Assembly (NCBI RefSeq): GCF_006345805.1 | Contig: NC_043011.1 | Span: 2,046,001 to 2,110,000, forward strand | Direction of reading: 5' to 3' | Length of the DNA stretch: 64,000 nt | Origin: Octopus sinensis | Lineage: Eukaryota | In this document: piece by piece, positions 63,063 to 64,000 of the stretch | Layout: each line of letters starts with the position of its first letter | How positions within the stretch are numbered: position 1 is the first letter of the stretch | Notes under the pieces: generated by a model | What the model saw: the letters and a program-made list of their open reading frames with translations, nothing else | Database searches by the model: none | Told to the model about the DNA's origin: nothing | Made by a program: the position numbers and the translations under genes

Positions 63063-64000
63063 TGAGTAAAAATATTTATAAAGTTACAAACATGGCGTGT
63101 ATGGAAGAAGTCAGTTGGATAAAGATGTGCTAAACAATCGAAGTAGATCTTGCACCAGGGAAAGGCTGAGAATAATGTTGGAAGCCATGCAAGCTGATCT
63201 CAGAATCATAAAAGAGATAAGATGGTACCATAACTAAAGGTAAAAAGTTATGATGGTGATGATGATGATAGTGAAGACAACGACCATGGTGATGTGAATG
63301 AAGACAGTGATGATGATGATGAAAACAACAGTGGCCCTTCATGTTCACTGAAATAAATAGAGCAGACAACTAAAGGATTAATAACTCTGACCACTCTCTG
63401 TTAAACTATTGAATATTAAAGACATTTAAAGTCTTGAGATAATCAAAGGATGAGTAGTTACTTATGATAATCCTGTCTTTAATTTTAAGAAACACTGTAT
63501 ATAAGACTAAATTACGTATTGTAATCTTATCGCATTAAGAGCTCGTTAGATGTGATATGAAGATTTCATTGTTATTCAATGTCGGCTGAACTCCCTTGTG
63601 AAAGCTGCCTCATCCTGTTATTTATCTACCCCCTCTCTGTTTATCTACTTTTTCTTTATTACATACAGACACTTAAGAACACAAACACCTTTTGTGTGTG
63701 TGTGTGTGCACAATCCCATACAATACTCCCACAAGGTAGGCAGAATTCAAATTTTGATACTTTAAATACTGTTTTACTAATATGGGGACGTTATAAAAAC
63801 ATACCTTTTACCGCATTCAAGTTCAAACATACATGCAGACATATATACTAACTTACAGGAAGCGCACTCTAACAAAACACATAGTGACATACAGGTGCCT
63901 GCAAACACACACACACACGCTCACGTACATACACACACACACGCGCGCGCTCATGTACACACACACACATACACACACGCTCACGTATACACACACACTG

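Overview
AT-rich, microsatellite-dense animal genomic DNA. The repeat families point to an octopod cephalopod, probably Octopus; this is inferred from recognising the repeats, not from a search. I could not identify any host protein-coding exon, so the window is probably intronic or intergenic. Most of the supplied ORFs are microsatellite or antisense-repeat artefacts. The window is a transposon landscape. It holds about 16 copies of a CORE-type tRNA-derived SINE and three further tRNA-SINE families; RTE/RTE-X LINE pieces, including a 2.1-kb copy with a PHD-type finger inside ORF2 that is nested in a SINE; a scrambled CR1; and a Penelope-like (probably Naiad-type) RT/GIY-YIG fossil. DNA transposon fossils include maT DD37D, pogo/Tigger and Chapaev3. 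There are non-autonomous Helitrons (one head-to-tail pair), MITEs with diagnostic ends (Merlin-like, hAT, piggyBac, and a Ginger-like element with a 44-bp minisatellite) and several long-TIR foldback elements in (TA)n tracts. The most interesting signal is two identical 258-bp units in tandem (period 302 nt, 9405-9964) inside a (TA)n tract. Each carries an apparently complete minimal type I hammerhead ribozyme with a self-complementary stem III, as expected for a dimer-acting hammerhead, which suggests a retrozyme-like element that could release a 302-nt RNA. Three degenerate hammerhead relics of other families lie at about 27.1, 33.3 and 62.3 kb. Two SINE insertions carry copies of nearby DNA fused to their 5' ends. 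Repeat boundaries were read by eye and are approximate unless TSDs or TIRs are quoted.
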